The notes under the pieces were generated by a model. That model searched no databases, was not told where the DNA came from, and saw only the letters and a list, made by a program, of their open reading frames with translations. This document shows, piece by piece, positions 30,438-39,878 of a stretch of 64,000 nucleotides of DNA (positions are counted from its first letter, which is position 1; each line of letters starts with the position of its first letter). The position numbers and the translations under genes are program-made. This DNA comes from an uncultured Actinomycetes bacterium (GTDB taxonomy: Bacteria > Actinomycetota > UBA4738 > HRBIN12): NCBI GenBank assembly GCA_963704885.1, contig CAVPIB010000004.1, forward strand, positions 160,001 through 224,000, read 5' to 3'.

Positions 30438-30983
30438 CTACGCGATCCTCGTCATCGTGACGAGAGCGCCGTTGGCCGTGACGTAGCGCAACGCCTTGAT
30501 CTCCGGGGGCGGTGCTGGGCTCTCAACCGGCGGAACCGTCCGATCGACGGCCCAAGCCAACTCCCCGGTGCTGCAGATCTGCACCTGCTCGTCCTGCGTG
30601 AACTGGACAACGGCCAACGAGAGGGTTCCACCACCGTGAACGGCCTGGATCGTTCCATGTAGGTGAAGGGCCTGGTTGCCGCCCACGTCGTCCAGGTCGA
30701 CAGAGTGCGACGGGAGCTCCGGAAGCTGTCCTCCCCAGCCGTATCCAACGACCCACTCCTGCACCGACCCATCGACATCGCACGTCAGCGTCACCCCGAA
30801 ACTGACCGAGCTCATGCCGAGCGGGTGCCCGTCCCTCTTGATCAGCTCGAACTGGATAGAGCCGCCCGCTCCGCCCAAGGGTCCCTCGTAGATGCGCAGC
30901 TTGCCCGACCTGGCGGCGGCACTCCCGCCGATCGTGCATACCGCGAGCACCGCAACCGTGACAAGCGTCATCGACCGTCTCAT
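30438..30983 (-). CDS. Hypothetical secreted protein
   Basis: SD GGGGAG; signal-peptide-like [24 protein letters not shown]; beta-rich body with two Cys; fills the gap between flanking genes. Confidence 0.7.
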   Translation of the reverse strand: MRRSMTLVTVAVLAVCTIGGSAAARSGKLRIYEGPLGGAGGSIQFELIKRDGHPLGMSSVSFGVTLTCDVDGSVQEWVVGYGWGGQLPELPSHSVDLDDVGGNQALHLHGTIQAVHGGGTLSLAVVQFTQDEQVQICSTGELAWAVDRTVPPVESPAPPPEIKALRYVTANGALVTMTRIA

Positions 30984-31042
30984 CGTCTCCCCTTCCATCG
31001 GGGGATGAGTATCCGTCCGCTGCGATCACGCCGCCAGGTCCG

Positions 31043-31064
31043 TGTCGGCGCCGGGACCTACAAT
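31043..31064 (+). promoter_or_regulatory. RecA-NDp/PafBC-type leaderless promoter of uvrB
   Basis: TGTCGG-N10-TACAAT, 6 nt before GTG 31071. Confidence 0.75.
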
Positions 31065-31070
31065 CGCTCC

Positions 31071-33086
31071 GTGCCGCCCTTCCGGATCGCCGCCGACTTC
31101 AAGCCCTCTGGGGACCAGCCCGAGGCGATCGCCCAACTCACGGAGAGCGTCAACGCGGGCGATCCCTACGTGACGCTCCTGGGTGCCACCGGGACCGGAA
31201 AGACCTTCACGGTCGCACACGTGGTGGAGGCCGTCCAGCGTCCCACCCTGGTCATCGCGCCCAACAAGTCTCTCGGCGCGCAGCTCGCCAACGAGTTCCG
31301 CGAGGTCTTCCCCGACAACGCCGTTGAGTACTTCGTGAGCTACTACGACTACTACCAACCCGAGGCATACATCCCGACCACCGACACATACATCGAGAAG
31401 GACTCGTCGGTGAACGACGAGATCGAGCGCCTGCGCCACGCCGCCACAGCCGCCCTCCTGTCCCGGCGCGACGTGCTCATCGTAGCCAGCGTCTCGTGCA
31501 TCTACGGCCTGGGCTCGCCCGAGGAGTATGAGGGCCAGATCCTCCGTCCGTTCAAGGGCACCGAGATCCCGCTCGAGTTCGCCATGCAGCGGCTGGTCGA
31601 CATCCAGTACCAGCGGAACCAGGTCAGCCGGGCACGCGGCACGTTCCGCGTCACCGGCGACACCCTCGAGGTGTTCCCGCCGTACGAGCAGATCGGCACG
31701 CGGATCGAGTGGTGGGGCGACGCGGTCGAGCGGGTCAGCCAGTTCGACCCGCTCACGGGCGAGATCGTTGGCGACCTGACCGAGATAACCATCTACCCCG
31801 CGTCGCACTACGTGGCGAGCGACGACCGCATGAAGCGCGCGCTCGTGACCATCGAACAGGAGCTACACGACCGGCTCGCTGAGCTGAACGAACAGGGCAA
31901 GCTGCTGGAGGCCGAACGCCTGCGTATGCGCACGTCCTACGACCTGGAGATGATGCGCGAGGTCGGGTTCTGCAGCGGCATCGAGAACTACTCGCGCCAC
32001 ATCGACGGACGAGGCCCCGGAACCGCACCGTACACCCTCCTCGACTACTTCCCAGATGACTACCTGGTGGTGATCGATGAGTCTCACGTGACCGTGCCGC
32101 AGCTCCACGGCATGTACGAGGGCGACCTGTCTCGGAAGTCCACCCTGGTCGAACATGGGTTCCGCCTGCCGAGCGCCATCGACAACCGCCCGCTGCGGTT
32201 CGACGAATTCACCGAACGCGCGCACCAGGTCGTATTCATGTCGGCCACGCCCGGCCCGTACGAGCTCCGCGTCACGAAGCGGATCGTCGAGCAGATCGTG
32301 AGGCCGACCGGGCTGGTCGATCCCGAGGTCCAGATACGCCCCACGAAGGGCCAGGTCGACGACCTGATCAACGAGATCCGCGCCCGCGCCGAGAAGGACC
32401 AGCGCGTGCTGGTCACCACCCTCACGAAGAAGATGGCGGAGGACCTGACCGACTACCTGGTCGAGATGGGGATCCGCGTGCGCTACCTGCACTCCGAGGT
32501 CGACACCTTGCAGCGCATCGAGATCCTGCGCGACCTGCGTCTGGGGGAGTTCGACGTCCTGGTCGGCATCAACCTGCTGCGCGAGGGCCTGGACCTCCCC
32601 GAGGTCTCGCTGGTGGCGATCCTGGACGCCGACAAAGAGGGGTTCCTCCGTTCCCAGACGTCGTTGATCCAGACGATCGGCCGAGCGGCGCGCAACGTGG
32701 ACGGCACCGTGCTGATGTACGCGGACCAGATCACCGATTCGATGAAGTCCGCGATCAGCGAGACGCAGCGGCGGCGAAAGCTCCAGATGGCCTACAACAC
32801 GGAGCACGACATCGACCCGCAGACGATACGCCGGCGTGTGTCAGACATACTTCTGTCTCTCGGCGGGGATACCAAGGCGGCTACACCCAAACGGGAGCGG
32901 CGCAAGCGCCCCGCCCACCCCGAGATGCCCACTGAGGAGTTGGAGCGTCTGATCCAGACGCTGGAAGACGAGATGCACGAGGCGGCGAAAGATCTGCGGT
33001 TCGAATACGCGGCGCGCCTGCGCGACGAGGTGGTCGACCTCCGCAAGGAGCTGAAGCAGCTCCGCGCGGCGGGGGTCGGGGCGTGA
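31071..33086 (+). CDS. uvrB: Excinuclease ABC subunit B
   Basis: [48 protein letters not shown]-terminal UVR motif. Confidence 0.98.
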   Translation: MPPFRIAADFKPSGDQPEAIAQLTESVNAGDPYVTLLGATGTGKTFTVAHVVEAVQRPTLVIAPNKSLGAQLANEFREVFPDNAVEYFVSYYDYYQPEAYIPTTDTYIEKDSSVNDEIERLRHAATAALLSRRDVLIVASVSCIYGLGSPEEYEGQILRPFKGTEIPLEFAMQRLVDIQYQRNQVSRARGTFRVTGDTLEVFPPYEQIGTRIEWWGDAVERVSQFDPLTGEIVGDLTEITIYPASHYVASDDRMKRALVTIEQELHDRLAELNEQGKLLEAERLRMRTSYDLEMMREVGFCSGIENYSRHIDGRGPGTAPYTLLDYFPDDYLVVIDESHVTVPQLHGMYEGDLSRKSTLVEHGFRLPSAIDNRPLRFDEFTERAHQVVFMSATPGPYELRVTKRIVEQIVRPTGLVDPEVQIRPTKGQVDDLINEIRARAEKDQRVLVTTLTKKMAEDLTDYLVEMGIRVRYLHSEVDTLQRIEILRDLRLGEFDVLVGINLLREGLDLPEVSLVAILDADKEGFLRSQTSLIQTIGRAARNVDGTVLMYADQITDSMKSAISETQRRRKLQMAYNTEHDIDPQTIRRRVSDILLSLGGDTKAATPKRERRKRPAHPEMPTEELERLIQTLEDEMHEAAKDLRFEYAARLRDEVVDLRKELKQLRAAGVGA

Positions 33087-34111
33087 CGCTATCCATCCGG
33101 GCCGGGCTCGCGTGGCTCGGACCGGGCAGGTTGGTCGAAGACGCCCAGATCGTCTGCGACGGAGGCATCATCACGTATGCGGGGCCCGCCACGCCGATCA
33201 GCGATGCCGACGAGGCGCTCGAGGTCGGCGGGTTCCTGATGCCAGCGGTGGCCGACCGCCACGTGCATATCGAGTTGTCCGACCCCGCCGCCGTGCTGCG
33301 AGGGGGAGTGACGGCGGTGCGGGATCTGGGGTGGCCATCCGAGCGCATCTTCCCCCTGGCCGATGCGTCGGAGCTGCCGTCCTACAGGGGACCGTTGATC
33401 CGCGCGGCCGGACCCATGCTCACCGGTCACGGCGGCTATCCGACCGGTGAGACTTGGGCGCCGCCCGGGACGGGACGCGAACTCGCCGGGACCGACGACG
33501 CGATCGAGGCGGTCCGCGATCTGGTCGGGCGTGGGGCCACGGCGATCAAGGTCTCGCTGAACTTCGAGGCCGGACCCACGCCGACCGACTCGGAGCTGGC
33601 GGCCATCTGCGACGAGGCGCATCGCCACGATCTGCCCGTGACGGCGCACGCGCAGGGCGCCGGTCAGGTCGAGCGCGCGCTGGGTGCTGGGATCGAGGAG
33701 CTGGCCCATACACCGTGGTCACGCCTTTCCGACGAGGTGATCCAGAACGCCGCCGAACGGATGCGTGTCGTCTCCACCCTCGACATCCTGTCGTTCGGCC
33801 TCGACACGCCGCAGATCCGCACAGCGATCGACAACCTCCGCCGCTTCCATACAGCCGGCGGCACGGTGATCTACGGCACCGACCTAGGCAACGGTTCCAT
33901 CCCGCCCGGCATCCACACCCAGGAGGTGCTCCTGCTCCGTGACGCAGGCCTGGAGCCCGAGGAGATCCTCCATGCCATGGTGCGGGCCCCGATGGACCTG
34001 GACGCGCCCGCCGACCTGATCGCCCTCGGCCGCAGCCCGCTAGACGATCTTGCGGCGTTCGACGACCTGCGGCTCGTCATCCGTGCGGGGAAGGTCATCT
34101 TCCCACCCTGA
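33083..34111 (+). CDS. Metal-dependent amidohydrolase family protein
   Basis: MP...[29 protein letters not shown]; GTGA overlap with uvrB. Confidence 0.85.
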   Translation: MTLSIRAGLAWLGPGRLVEDAQIVCDGGIITYAGPATPISDADEALEVGGFLMPAVADRHVHIELSDPAAVLRGGVTAVRDLGWPSERIFPLADASELPSYRGPLIRAAGPMLTGHGGYPTGETWAPPGTGRELAGTDDAIEAVRDLVGRGATAIKVSLNFEAGPTPTDSELAAICDEAHRHDLPVTAHAQGAGQVERALGAGIEELAHTPWSRLSDEVIQNAAERMRVVSTLDILSFGLDTPQIRTAIDNLRRFHTAGGTVIYGTDLGNGSIPPGIHTQEVLLLRDAGLEPEEILHAMVRAPMDLDAPADLIALGRSPLDDLAAFDDLRLVIRAGKVIFPP

Positions 34112-34152
34112 TCCGGGTTGCAACGCCCGTCGCGAAAGGGTAGACACGCGCC

Positions 34153-35235
34153 ATGGCACAGACCGAACGACCGGCGGGGATCGCCGTGACCGACGAGATC
34201 ACCTTAGAGGAGCTCCAGCTCGCCGCTCGGAACCACGGCATGCCGCTCGAGGCGCTCCGCTACGACGTGACGCCGATCGGGATGCACTACCTCCTGACTC
34301 ACTTCGATGTCCCTGAGGCGGATGAGGCCTCGTGGATCGTGTCGATCGGCGGCCGCGTCCGGCGCCCGTTCGTGCTCTCGATGGATGACGTCCGCTCGCG
34401 GCCGGAGGTCACCATGCAGGTGACCATGGAGTGCGCCGGCAACGGGCGAGCCAGGTTGCACCCGCGGCCGATCAGCCAGCCGTGGCTCTCTGAGGCGATC
34501 GGAACCGCCGAGTGGACCGGTACGCCGCTCCGGCCACTGCTCGAAGAGGCGAGCCTCGAGGACGACGCCGTCGAGCTCGTCTTCGCTGGCGCCGACCACG
34601 GCACGCAGGGAGGGATCGAGCAGGACTACGAACGGAGCCTCACGATCCTCGACGCGATGCGCGACGAGGTCCTCCTCGCGTATGCGATCAACGGACAGCC
34701 GCTCCCGCCGCAGCACGGGTTCCCGCTCCGGCTGCTCGTTCCGGGGTGGTACGGCATGACGAGCGTGAAGTGGCTCCGGCGGATCACCGCCGTCGCCGAG
34801 CCGTTCGACGGGTACCAGATGGACGCCTACCGCTTGCGACAGGAATCAGGCGATGAAGGGATCCCCGTCACCCGTATGCAGCCGCGTGCGCTGATGATCC
34901 CGCCCGGGTTCCCTGAGTTCTTCTACCGAACGCGGACGCTGGACGCCGGGCCCACCACGCTGGAGGGGCGCGCGTGGTCGGGATCGGGCCTCGTCACACG
35001 GGTCGAGGTGAGCGCTGATGGGGGAACGAGCTGGGATGACGCGGCGCTGGAGCCCCCGGCGGGACCGTACGCCTGGCGCCGCTGGACGTTCGGATGGACG
35101 GCCGTTCCAGGCGAGCATGAGCTCGTCGTGCGTGCCACCGACGACGCCGGGGATGTTCAGCCGCTCGACGCACGGTGGAACCACCACGGCCTCCTCAACA
35201 ACATGGTGCAGCGGGTGCCGGTCATCGTCCGCTAG
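34153..35235 (+). CDS. Sulfite oxidase family molybdoenzyme (no obvious signal peptide)
   Basis: MECAGNGR (Mo-ligand Cys), AEWTG, HGFPLRLLVPGWYGMTSVKWL, VEVS.DGG, RATD. Confidence 0.9.
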   Translation: MAQTERPAGIAVTDEITLEELQLAARNHGMPLEALRYDVTPIGMHYLLTHFDVPEADEASWIVSIGGRVRRPFVLSMDDVRSRPEVTMQVTMECAGNGRARLHPRPISQPWLSEAIGTAEWTGTPLRPLLEEASLEDDAVELVFAGADHGTQGGIEQDYERSLTILDAMRDEVLLAYAINGQPLPPQHGFPLRLLVPGWYGMTSVKWLRRITAVAEPFDGYQMDAYRLRQESGDEGIPVTRMQPRALMIPPGFPEFFYRTRTLDAGPTTLEGRAWSGSGLVTRVEVSADGGTSWDDAALEPPAGPYAWRRWTFGWTAVPGEHELVVRATDDAGDVQPLDARWNHHGLLNNMVQRVPVIVR

Positions 35236-35250
35236 TCTGAGTCAGACTAG
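35226..35250. repeat. Left copy of a palindromic direct repeat (att-like)
   Basis: cgtccgCTAGTCtgagtcaGACTAG; 21/25 identical to 38706-38730. Confidence 0.8.
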
Positions 35251-35859
35251 TCGGCTAAGTCTATCGACCAGGTTGGCCGCCCCAAAGAGAGGCCGTTGCC
35301 CTGTCAGGAGTACGAAGGCAGCGACCAGCTCTGCGCCGGTGGCCGGTGAAGGGAGGAGTGGTGCGATGGACCCCTCTCCTAGTCCCCAAGCGATGATCTC
35401 GGCAGCCTGCTCGAAGCCGCGTTCCTTCCACGGGACCGACTCGTCGTCCCACACACGGATGTCACGCAGCGCCAAGAACCGGGCCCGGATGCCTTCGTCA
35501 ACGTTGGCAACCGTCCACGCGTGGGCGACCTCATGGAGCGCGAACTTTCGCGCGTACGGCTCGGATGAACGACCGGTGCACAGGTCGATACGCCCTAGCC
35601 ACCAATAGCCGATCTTGCCATGGCATGGAGCCGTTGATCCATGGAGGAATACTAGGGTCGGCGGGAGCGGCCAAAGAGCGGCCAACCGGAAGCGCTCGAT
35701 GGCCCATTCGACACCTGCCCTCTGCGCGGCATGGCCCCCGTAGATGATGGTGCCGCTCGCGAGTGAGGACACCGTCGAGGTCGGACCGAGGAACGCGATC
35801 GATGCCGATAGTGCGACAAGCACTGCGAAACGGCTGGTCGGGCTGCTCGTTGTGTCCAT
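35242..35859 (-). CDS. Secreted HEXXH (zincin-like) protein
   Basis: Hydrophobic N-terminus FAVLVALSASIAFLG; FALHEVAHAW; downstream FEQAAE candidate third ligand. Confidence 0.7.
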   Translation of the reverse strand: MDTTSSPTSRFAVLVALSASIAFLGPTSTVSSLASGTIIYGGHAAQRAGVEWAIERFRLAALWPLPPTLVFLHGSTAPCHGKIGYWWLGRIDLCTGRSSEPYARKFALHEVAHAWTVANVDEGIRARFLALRDIRVWDDESVPWKERGFEQAAEIIAWGLGEGSIAPLLPSPATGAELVAAFVLLTGQRPLFGAANLVDRLSRLV

Positions 35860-35865
35860 GCCCCG

Positions 35866-35919
35866 ACGTTCGGGGCGGGCACTCGCTGATCGGCCGCAAT
35901 GCGCTGGAGGATCGCTGGA
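35866..35919 (-). promoter_or_regulatory. Putative SARP-activated promoter with phased heptamer repeats
   Basis: Minus strand TCCAGCG (35919-13), TCCAGCG (35908-02), GCGAGTG (35886-80), 8 nt, GAACGT (35871-66), 6 nt, ATG. Confidence 0.6.
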
Positions 35920-35982
35920 AGGTGCCCCTCGTCACCCGTATCGCCCTCGACTTGACGGGAGCGTCGGCATAGCGTTCTGCTC

Positions 35983-38676
35983 GTGGAGTTCCGGATCCTT
36001 GGACCGCTGGAGGTCTGGTCGGCCGATCGTTCCCTTCCGCTCGGGGGACCTAAGCAGCGCGCCGTCGTAGCCCAGCTGATCCTTCGCGCTAACCAAGTCG
36101 TGACGGCGGAGCAGCTGATCGATGAACTCTGGGGCGAGGAACCTCCGGAAACCGCGCGGAACACACTGCAGACGTACGTCTATCGGCTGCGGAAGGTGTT
36201 GGGCGAGGAGCGCATCGAGTCTGCCGCCGGCGCCTATCGACTCCGTGCGGACCCCAGTGAGATCGACTCAGCCCGGTTCGAGGTCCTCGTGCGCGAGGCC
36301 CGCCGGTTGCTCGACTCGGATCCGGAAGGTGCCCTCGCGCGCCTGGACGAGGCACTCGCGTCTTGGCGGGGACCCGCCTTCTCGGACCTGCCTGGCGACC
36401 CGTCGCTCCGAGGTGAAGTGGCGAGGCTGGAGGATCTTCGTCTCGTGGCGATAGAACAACAGATCTCGGCCCGGCTCGCGCTAGGTCGGCACACAACCGT
36501 GATCGGCGCACTCGAGAGCTTGACCGGTCGGTATCCGCTCCGCGAGCGGCTGTGGGGGGGCCTGATGCTCGCGCTGTACCGCAACGGTCGGCAGGCGGAG
36601 GCCTTGGACGCGTATCGCCGCGCCAGGGAGGTGCTCGCGGAGGAGCTGGGCATCGATCCGTCCCCTGAGCTCCAGCAGCTCCACGAGCGGATCCTCCGCC
36701 AGGACCCGGAGCTGGTCGAAGCGACGCCGATTCCTCGCTCGACCCGGTCGGTAGCGGGGGAGCTCACCCCCGGGAGTAGCTTCGCGGGTTACCGGATCGA
36801 CTCCGTGCTCGGTCGCGGTGGCATGAGCGTCGTGTACCTGGCGGAGCACCTCTCGCTCAGGCGGAAGGTCGCGCTGAAGGTCCTCGCCCCTCAGCTTGCG
36901 CAAGACGTTCGGTTCCGCGAACGGTTCGTGCGAGAGTCCCGGATCGCGGCAGGGATGGAGCACCCGGGGATCGTCCCGATCTACGAGGCCGGTGAAGACG
37001 ACGGCCTCCTGTTCATCGCCATGCGGTACGTACCGGGTACGGATCTCGGAGGCCTGATCCGGAGCGAAGGCGTGCTCCCGTCCGATCGTGTCGCCTGGAT
37101 CGTCGGCGAGTTGGCGTCTGCTCTTGATGCTGCGCACGCACGTGGCCTCGTTCACCGAGACGTCAAGCCTGGGAACGTCCTCGTGGTCGAGGGAGGAGGG
37201 AGGGAGGGCCGTGACCTCGTCTATCTCTCGGACTTCGGGCTCACGAAGCGACTCGAAGGGGGAACCGGCGGCCTCACGCAGATCGGGCAGTTCGTGGGAA
37301 CCGTCGACTACGTCGCCCCCGAACAGATCGAGGGGAAGCCGCTCGACGGTCGCACCGACGTCTATTCCCTTGCGTGCTTGGTGTTCGAGTGCCTGGTGGG
37401 GAACCCGCCGTTCGCTCGCGATGAACCGATGGCCGTCCTCTACGCGCACCTGCGAGAACGCCCACCTCGCCTGACGAGCCCGGAGTTGCCGGCTGAGGCT
37501 GATCGCGTGCTCGCGAGAGCACTCTCCAAACGCGCAGCTGATCGGTTCCCGACGTGCGGATCGTTCGCGTCGGCGTTCCGTGAAGCGCTCGGCGCGCTCG
37601 CTGGTGAGGGACTCGGGGAGGACGGTCGCGCCGTCCATCGGTCGGCGAGGAGGCGCACCGGGGTCGCGGCGCTCGTGGCCACCCTGGCCGCCGGAGCGAT
37701 CGTGTTCGCCCTCGCCAGTGGGGGAACGCCGGTCGCCGATGGTGGTGAGGACTCCCCGGCGCCGACGCAGAGCCTCGGTCCCACCTCGAGCTCGACACCC
37801 GCACCGCATTTCGCCACAGTGGAGCGGGCCCTGTCGTCCGATGAGACGCGTCTCCAGAGCTATCTCCCCGAGGGCATGACCGACTGCTTGCCGCTTGATC
37901 GCGCGAACCCGGTCGGGGCCCAGCTGGCGGCGCTCGTCTGTCACGACGAGCCGGTCGAAGTCCTCTACCAGCTGTTCCCGCGCCTCGACCTTATGGACGC
38001 GGCCTTCGATGTCAACGCCAACATGAGAAGTGCCCCGGCAGGGGAGTGTGCCACCGACCGGGTCGCCGTGACCGCGTACACCGTTGGGGGCGAAGCTGCG
38101 GGCCGCGTCTTGTGCTATACGCAGAGACCGGCGGGAGCGTCCGAATTCGGACCGAATCTGGATCCGGTGGAGGGCGAATCCCACATCGAATGGACGGACG
38201 CAAGGCTCTTGATCTACGCACAAGCGATCCGGAACGACCTGTTCGATCTCACGCTGTACGACTGGTGGCGATCGTACAGCGGCCCGGTGATCCCGACCGA
38301 GGATGGTGCGATCGGGCTCCAGAAGGACCTGCCAACCGAGGCGACAGCAGCGCCTCACGGTACGTATCTCCTCTCCGTGGGCCCGAGTGACGACGTCACC
38401 GAGCCGGGAACGTACGACATACGGTTGCGCGGCGGCGCCTACGAGATCGATATCGATGGGTCGCTCAGCCAGACTGGCGCGCTCTTCTACCGCAAACCGG
38501 ACATGGTGGTCTTCGTTCCGGAAGAGGGGCGGTGCAACCACCCGACGGCATCGCCTATGCCAGCGCGGTACGGGTGGTCGATGTCTGGCGCTCGCCTGAC
38601 GTGGGAGTTCCGTGGCGGCGGGAGCTGCGCGGGACCTCAAGTCGGTGCTGGGCGACTCCTTTGGATCCGAGCATAG
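35983..38676 (+). CDS. AfsR/SARP regulator (winged HTH + BTAD) fused to a Ser/Thr kinase, transmembrane helix and extracellular domain
   Basis: MEFRILGPLEV, LMLALYRNGRQAEAL, ELGIDPS; GRGGMS, VALK, HRDVKPGN, DFG, GTVDYVAPE; TM GVAALVATLAAGAIVFALA; Cys-containing C-terminal part. Confidence 0.92.
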   Translation: MEFRILGPLEVWSADRSLPLGGPKQRAVVAQLILRANQVVTAEQLIDELWGEEPPETARNTLQTYVYRLRKVLGEERIESAAGAYRLRADPSEIDSARFEVLVREARRLLDSDPEGALARLDEALASWRGPAFSDLPGDPSLRGEVARLEDLRLVAIEQQISARLALGRHTTVIGALESLTGRYPLRERLWGGLMLALYRNGRQAEALDAYRRAREVLAEELGIDPSPELQQLHERILRQDPELVEATPIPRSTRSVAGELTPGSSFAGYRIDSVLGRGGMSVVYLAEHLSLRRKVALKVLAPQLAQDVRFRERFVRESRIAAGMEHPGIVPIYEAGEDDGLLFIAMRYVPGTDLGGLIRSEGVLPSDRVAWIVGELASALDAAHARGLVHRDVKPGNVLVVEGGGREGRDLVYLSDFGLTKRLEGGTGGLTQIGQFVGTVDYVAPEQIEGKPLDGRTDVYSLACLVFECLVGNPPFARDEPMAVLYAHLRERPPRLTSPELPAEADRVLARALSKRAADRFPTCGSFASAFREALGALAGEGLGEDGRAVHRSARRRTGVAALVATLAAGAIVFALASGGTPVADGGEDSPAPTQSLGPTSSSTPAPHFATVERALSSDETRLQSYLPEGMTDCLPLDRANPVGAQLAALVCHDEPVEVLYQLFPRLDLMDAAFDVNANMRSAPAGECATDRVAVTAYTVGGEAAGRVLCYTQRPAGASEFGPNLDPVEGESHIEWTDARLLIYAQAIRNDLFDLTLYDWWRSYSGPVIPTEDGAIGLQKDLPTEATAAPHGTYLLSVGPSDDVTEPGTYDIRLRGGAYEIDIDGSLSQTGALFYRKPDMVVFVPEEGRCNHPTASPMPARYGWSMSGARLTWEFRGGGSCAGPQVGAGRLLWIRA

Positions 38677-38705
38677 GCCGGGACGGGCTCATCGAGCACA
38701 GTTCA

Positions 38706-38730
38706 CGTTCGCTAGTCTGAGGTGGACTAG
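38706..38730. repeat. Right copy of the palindromic direct repeat (att-like)
   Basis: cgttcgCTAGTCtgaggtgGACTAG; contains the stop codon of the convergent aminotransferase gene. Confidence 0.8.
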
Positions 38731-39878
38731 ATCAAGGCTCGGAGTTCGTCGAAGCAGCGATCGACGTCCTCCTCGGTGTTGAAGAAGTGGGGGCTGATCC
38801 TAAGGCCGTCCCCCCGGAAGTCAGTGCAGACGTCGCGGTCGAGCAACGCATGACAGATCCTCGCGGCTTGGGGTCCGACCCCCACGTTCACCACGCCGCC
38901 TCGCGCCTGGCGAGAGCGTGGCGTCCGCACCGGCAGTCCGGCCTCATCCGCTCGGGCGATCACGTGATCGGTCAGCTCGCCCTGACGTTCGCGGATCCGC
39001 TCGGGTGTGGCCTCCGCGATGATGTCCAGGCCGCCCTGCGCGATGAAGAACACGGGCGCCGGCGGCGTCCCGTGCTCCAGCCTTCGCGCGGTCGGGTGGT
39101 ACTCGAGGTGCTGGTTATCGAACGAGAACGGCTCGCTCGTGGCGAACCACCCGGTAACGGCTGGCTCCAAGTTCGGCAGTAGCTCGCGGCGCGCGTAAAG
39201 GAAGACCGTCCCGGGGCCGCCCAGAAGGAACTTGAGGGTCCCCGCGACGTACAGGTCGCAGCCCAGGTCGTGCAGGTCCAGCGGGACGATCCCGATGCCG
39301 TGGTAGTCATCGACGAACGACAGGGCACCTCGTTCGCGTGCCAAGGTGCAGATCGCCTTCGCATCGACGATCGCGCTCGACCGATACAGAACGCGGTTCA
39401 CCATCACCAGGGCGGTCCGTTCGTCGATCGCTTCCTCGTAGGCCTCTATCGGGATCGTGAGGCCGTCCTCTGACCGAAGCCAGACGATCTCGGCGCCGCG
39501 TGACCGCTGGGCGAGCCAAACATGCCCGTCGGTGGGGAAGTCCAACTCGGACATGACGATCCGGTTGCGCTCGCCGGTGAAGGTCAGGCAAGTCGCGATC
39601 GTTGCCAGGGCGATCGAGGTGTTGGTGGTGATCGCCAGCTCGTCGGTGTCGCAACGAGTCAAGGTCGCGAACGTCTGCTTGAGCGTGGCCATCCGCGGGA
39701 AGATGTCCTCCATCCACACGTGATCGGGCGCGCCCTTGGTCGCCCAGGCGTCCATGTAGTCGGCCAGATAGCGCTGCGACCGTGTCGACACGGGACCGAG
39801 TGACGCGCTGATCAGATAGGTCTTGCGCTCGAGCACCGGGAACTCGTCCCGGTAGGAGAGCAGCGAGCGCTCAGGCGT
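38727..39878 (-). CDS. Class V PLP-dependent enzyme, kynureninase-like; probable ACG start
   Basis: YRDEFP, SLGP, DFPTD, VDDYHGIG, GTLKFLLGGPG (PLP Lys), GWF, LEHGTPP, LRISPHFFN. Confidence 0.85.
   Translation of the reverse strand, partial: TPERSLLSYRDEFPVLERKTYLISASLGPVSTRSQRYLADYMDAWATKGAPDHVWMEDIFPRMATLKQTFATLTRCDTDELAITTNTSIALATIATCLTFTGERNRIVMSELDFPTDGHVWLAQRSRGAEIVWLRSEDGLTIPIEAYEEAIDERTALVMVNRVLYRSSAIVDAKAICTLARERGALSFVDDYHGIGIVPLDLHDLGCDLYVAGTLKFLLGGPGTVFLYARRELLPNLEPAVTGWFATSEPFSFDNQHLEYHPTARRLEHGTPPAPVFFIAQGGLDIIAEATPERIRERQGELTDHVIARADEAGLPVRTPRSRQARGGVVNVGVGPQAARICHALLDRDVCTDFRGDGLRISPHFFNTEEDVDRCFDELRALI

Larger units (their letters stand above)
35232..38730. mobile_element. 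Putative integrated two-gene cassette bounded by direct repeats; no recombinase encoded
   Basis: Two CTAGTC-N7-GACTAG sites 3480 bp apart enclose only the HEXXH gene and the SARP-kinase gene, between two convergent genes. Confidence 0.55.

Noticed and set aside
35226-35250. Flanking repeats as Xer dif or integron attC sites
   Set aside because: No TTATG/CATAA-type dif arms and no RYYYAAC...GTTRRRY ends
38690-38712. LexA SOS-box-like sequence (also near 19663)
   Set aside because: Spacer is 3 rather than 4 nt and arms mismatch GAAC-N4-GTTC
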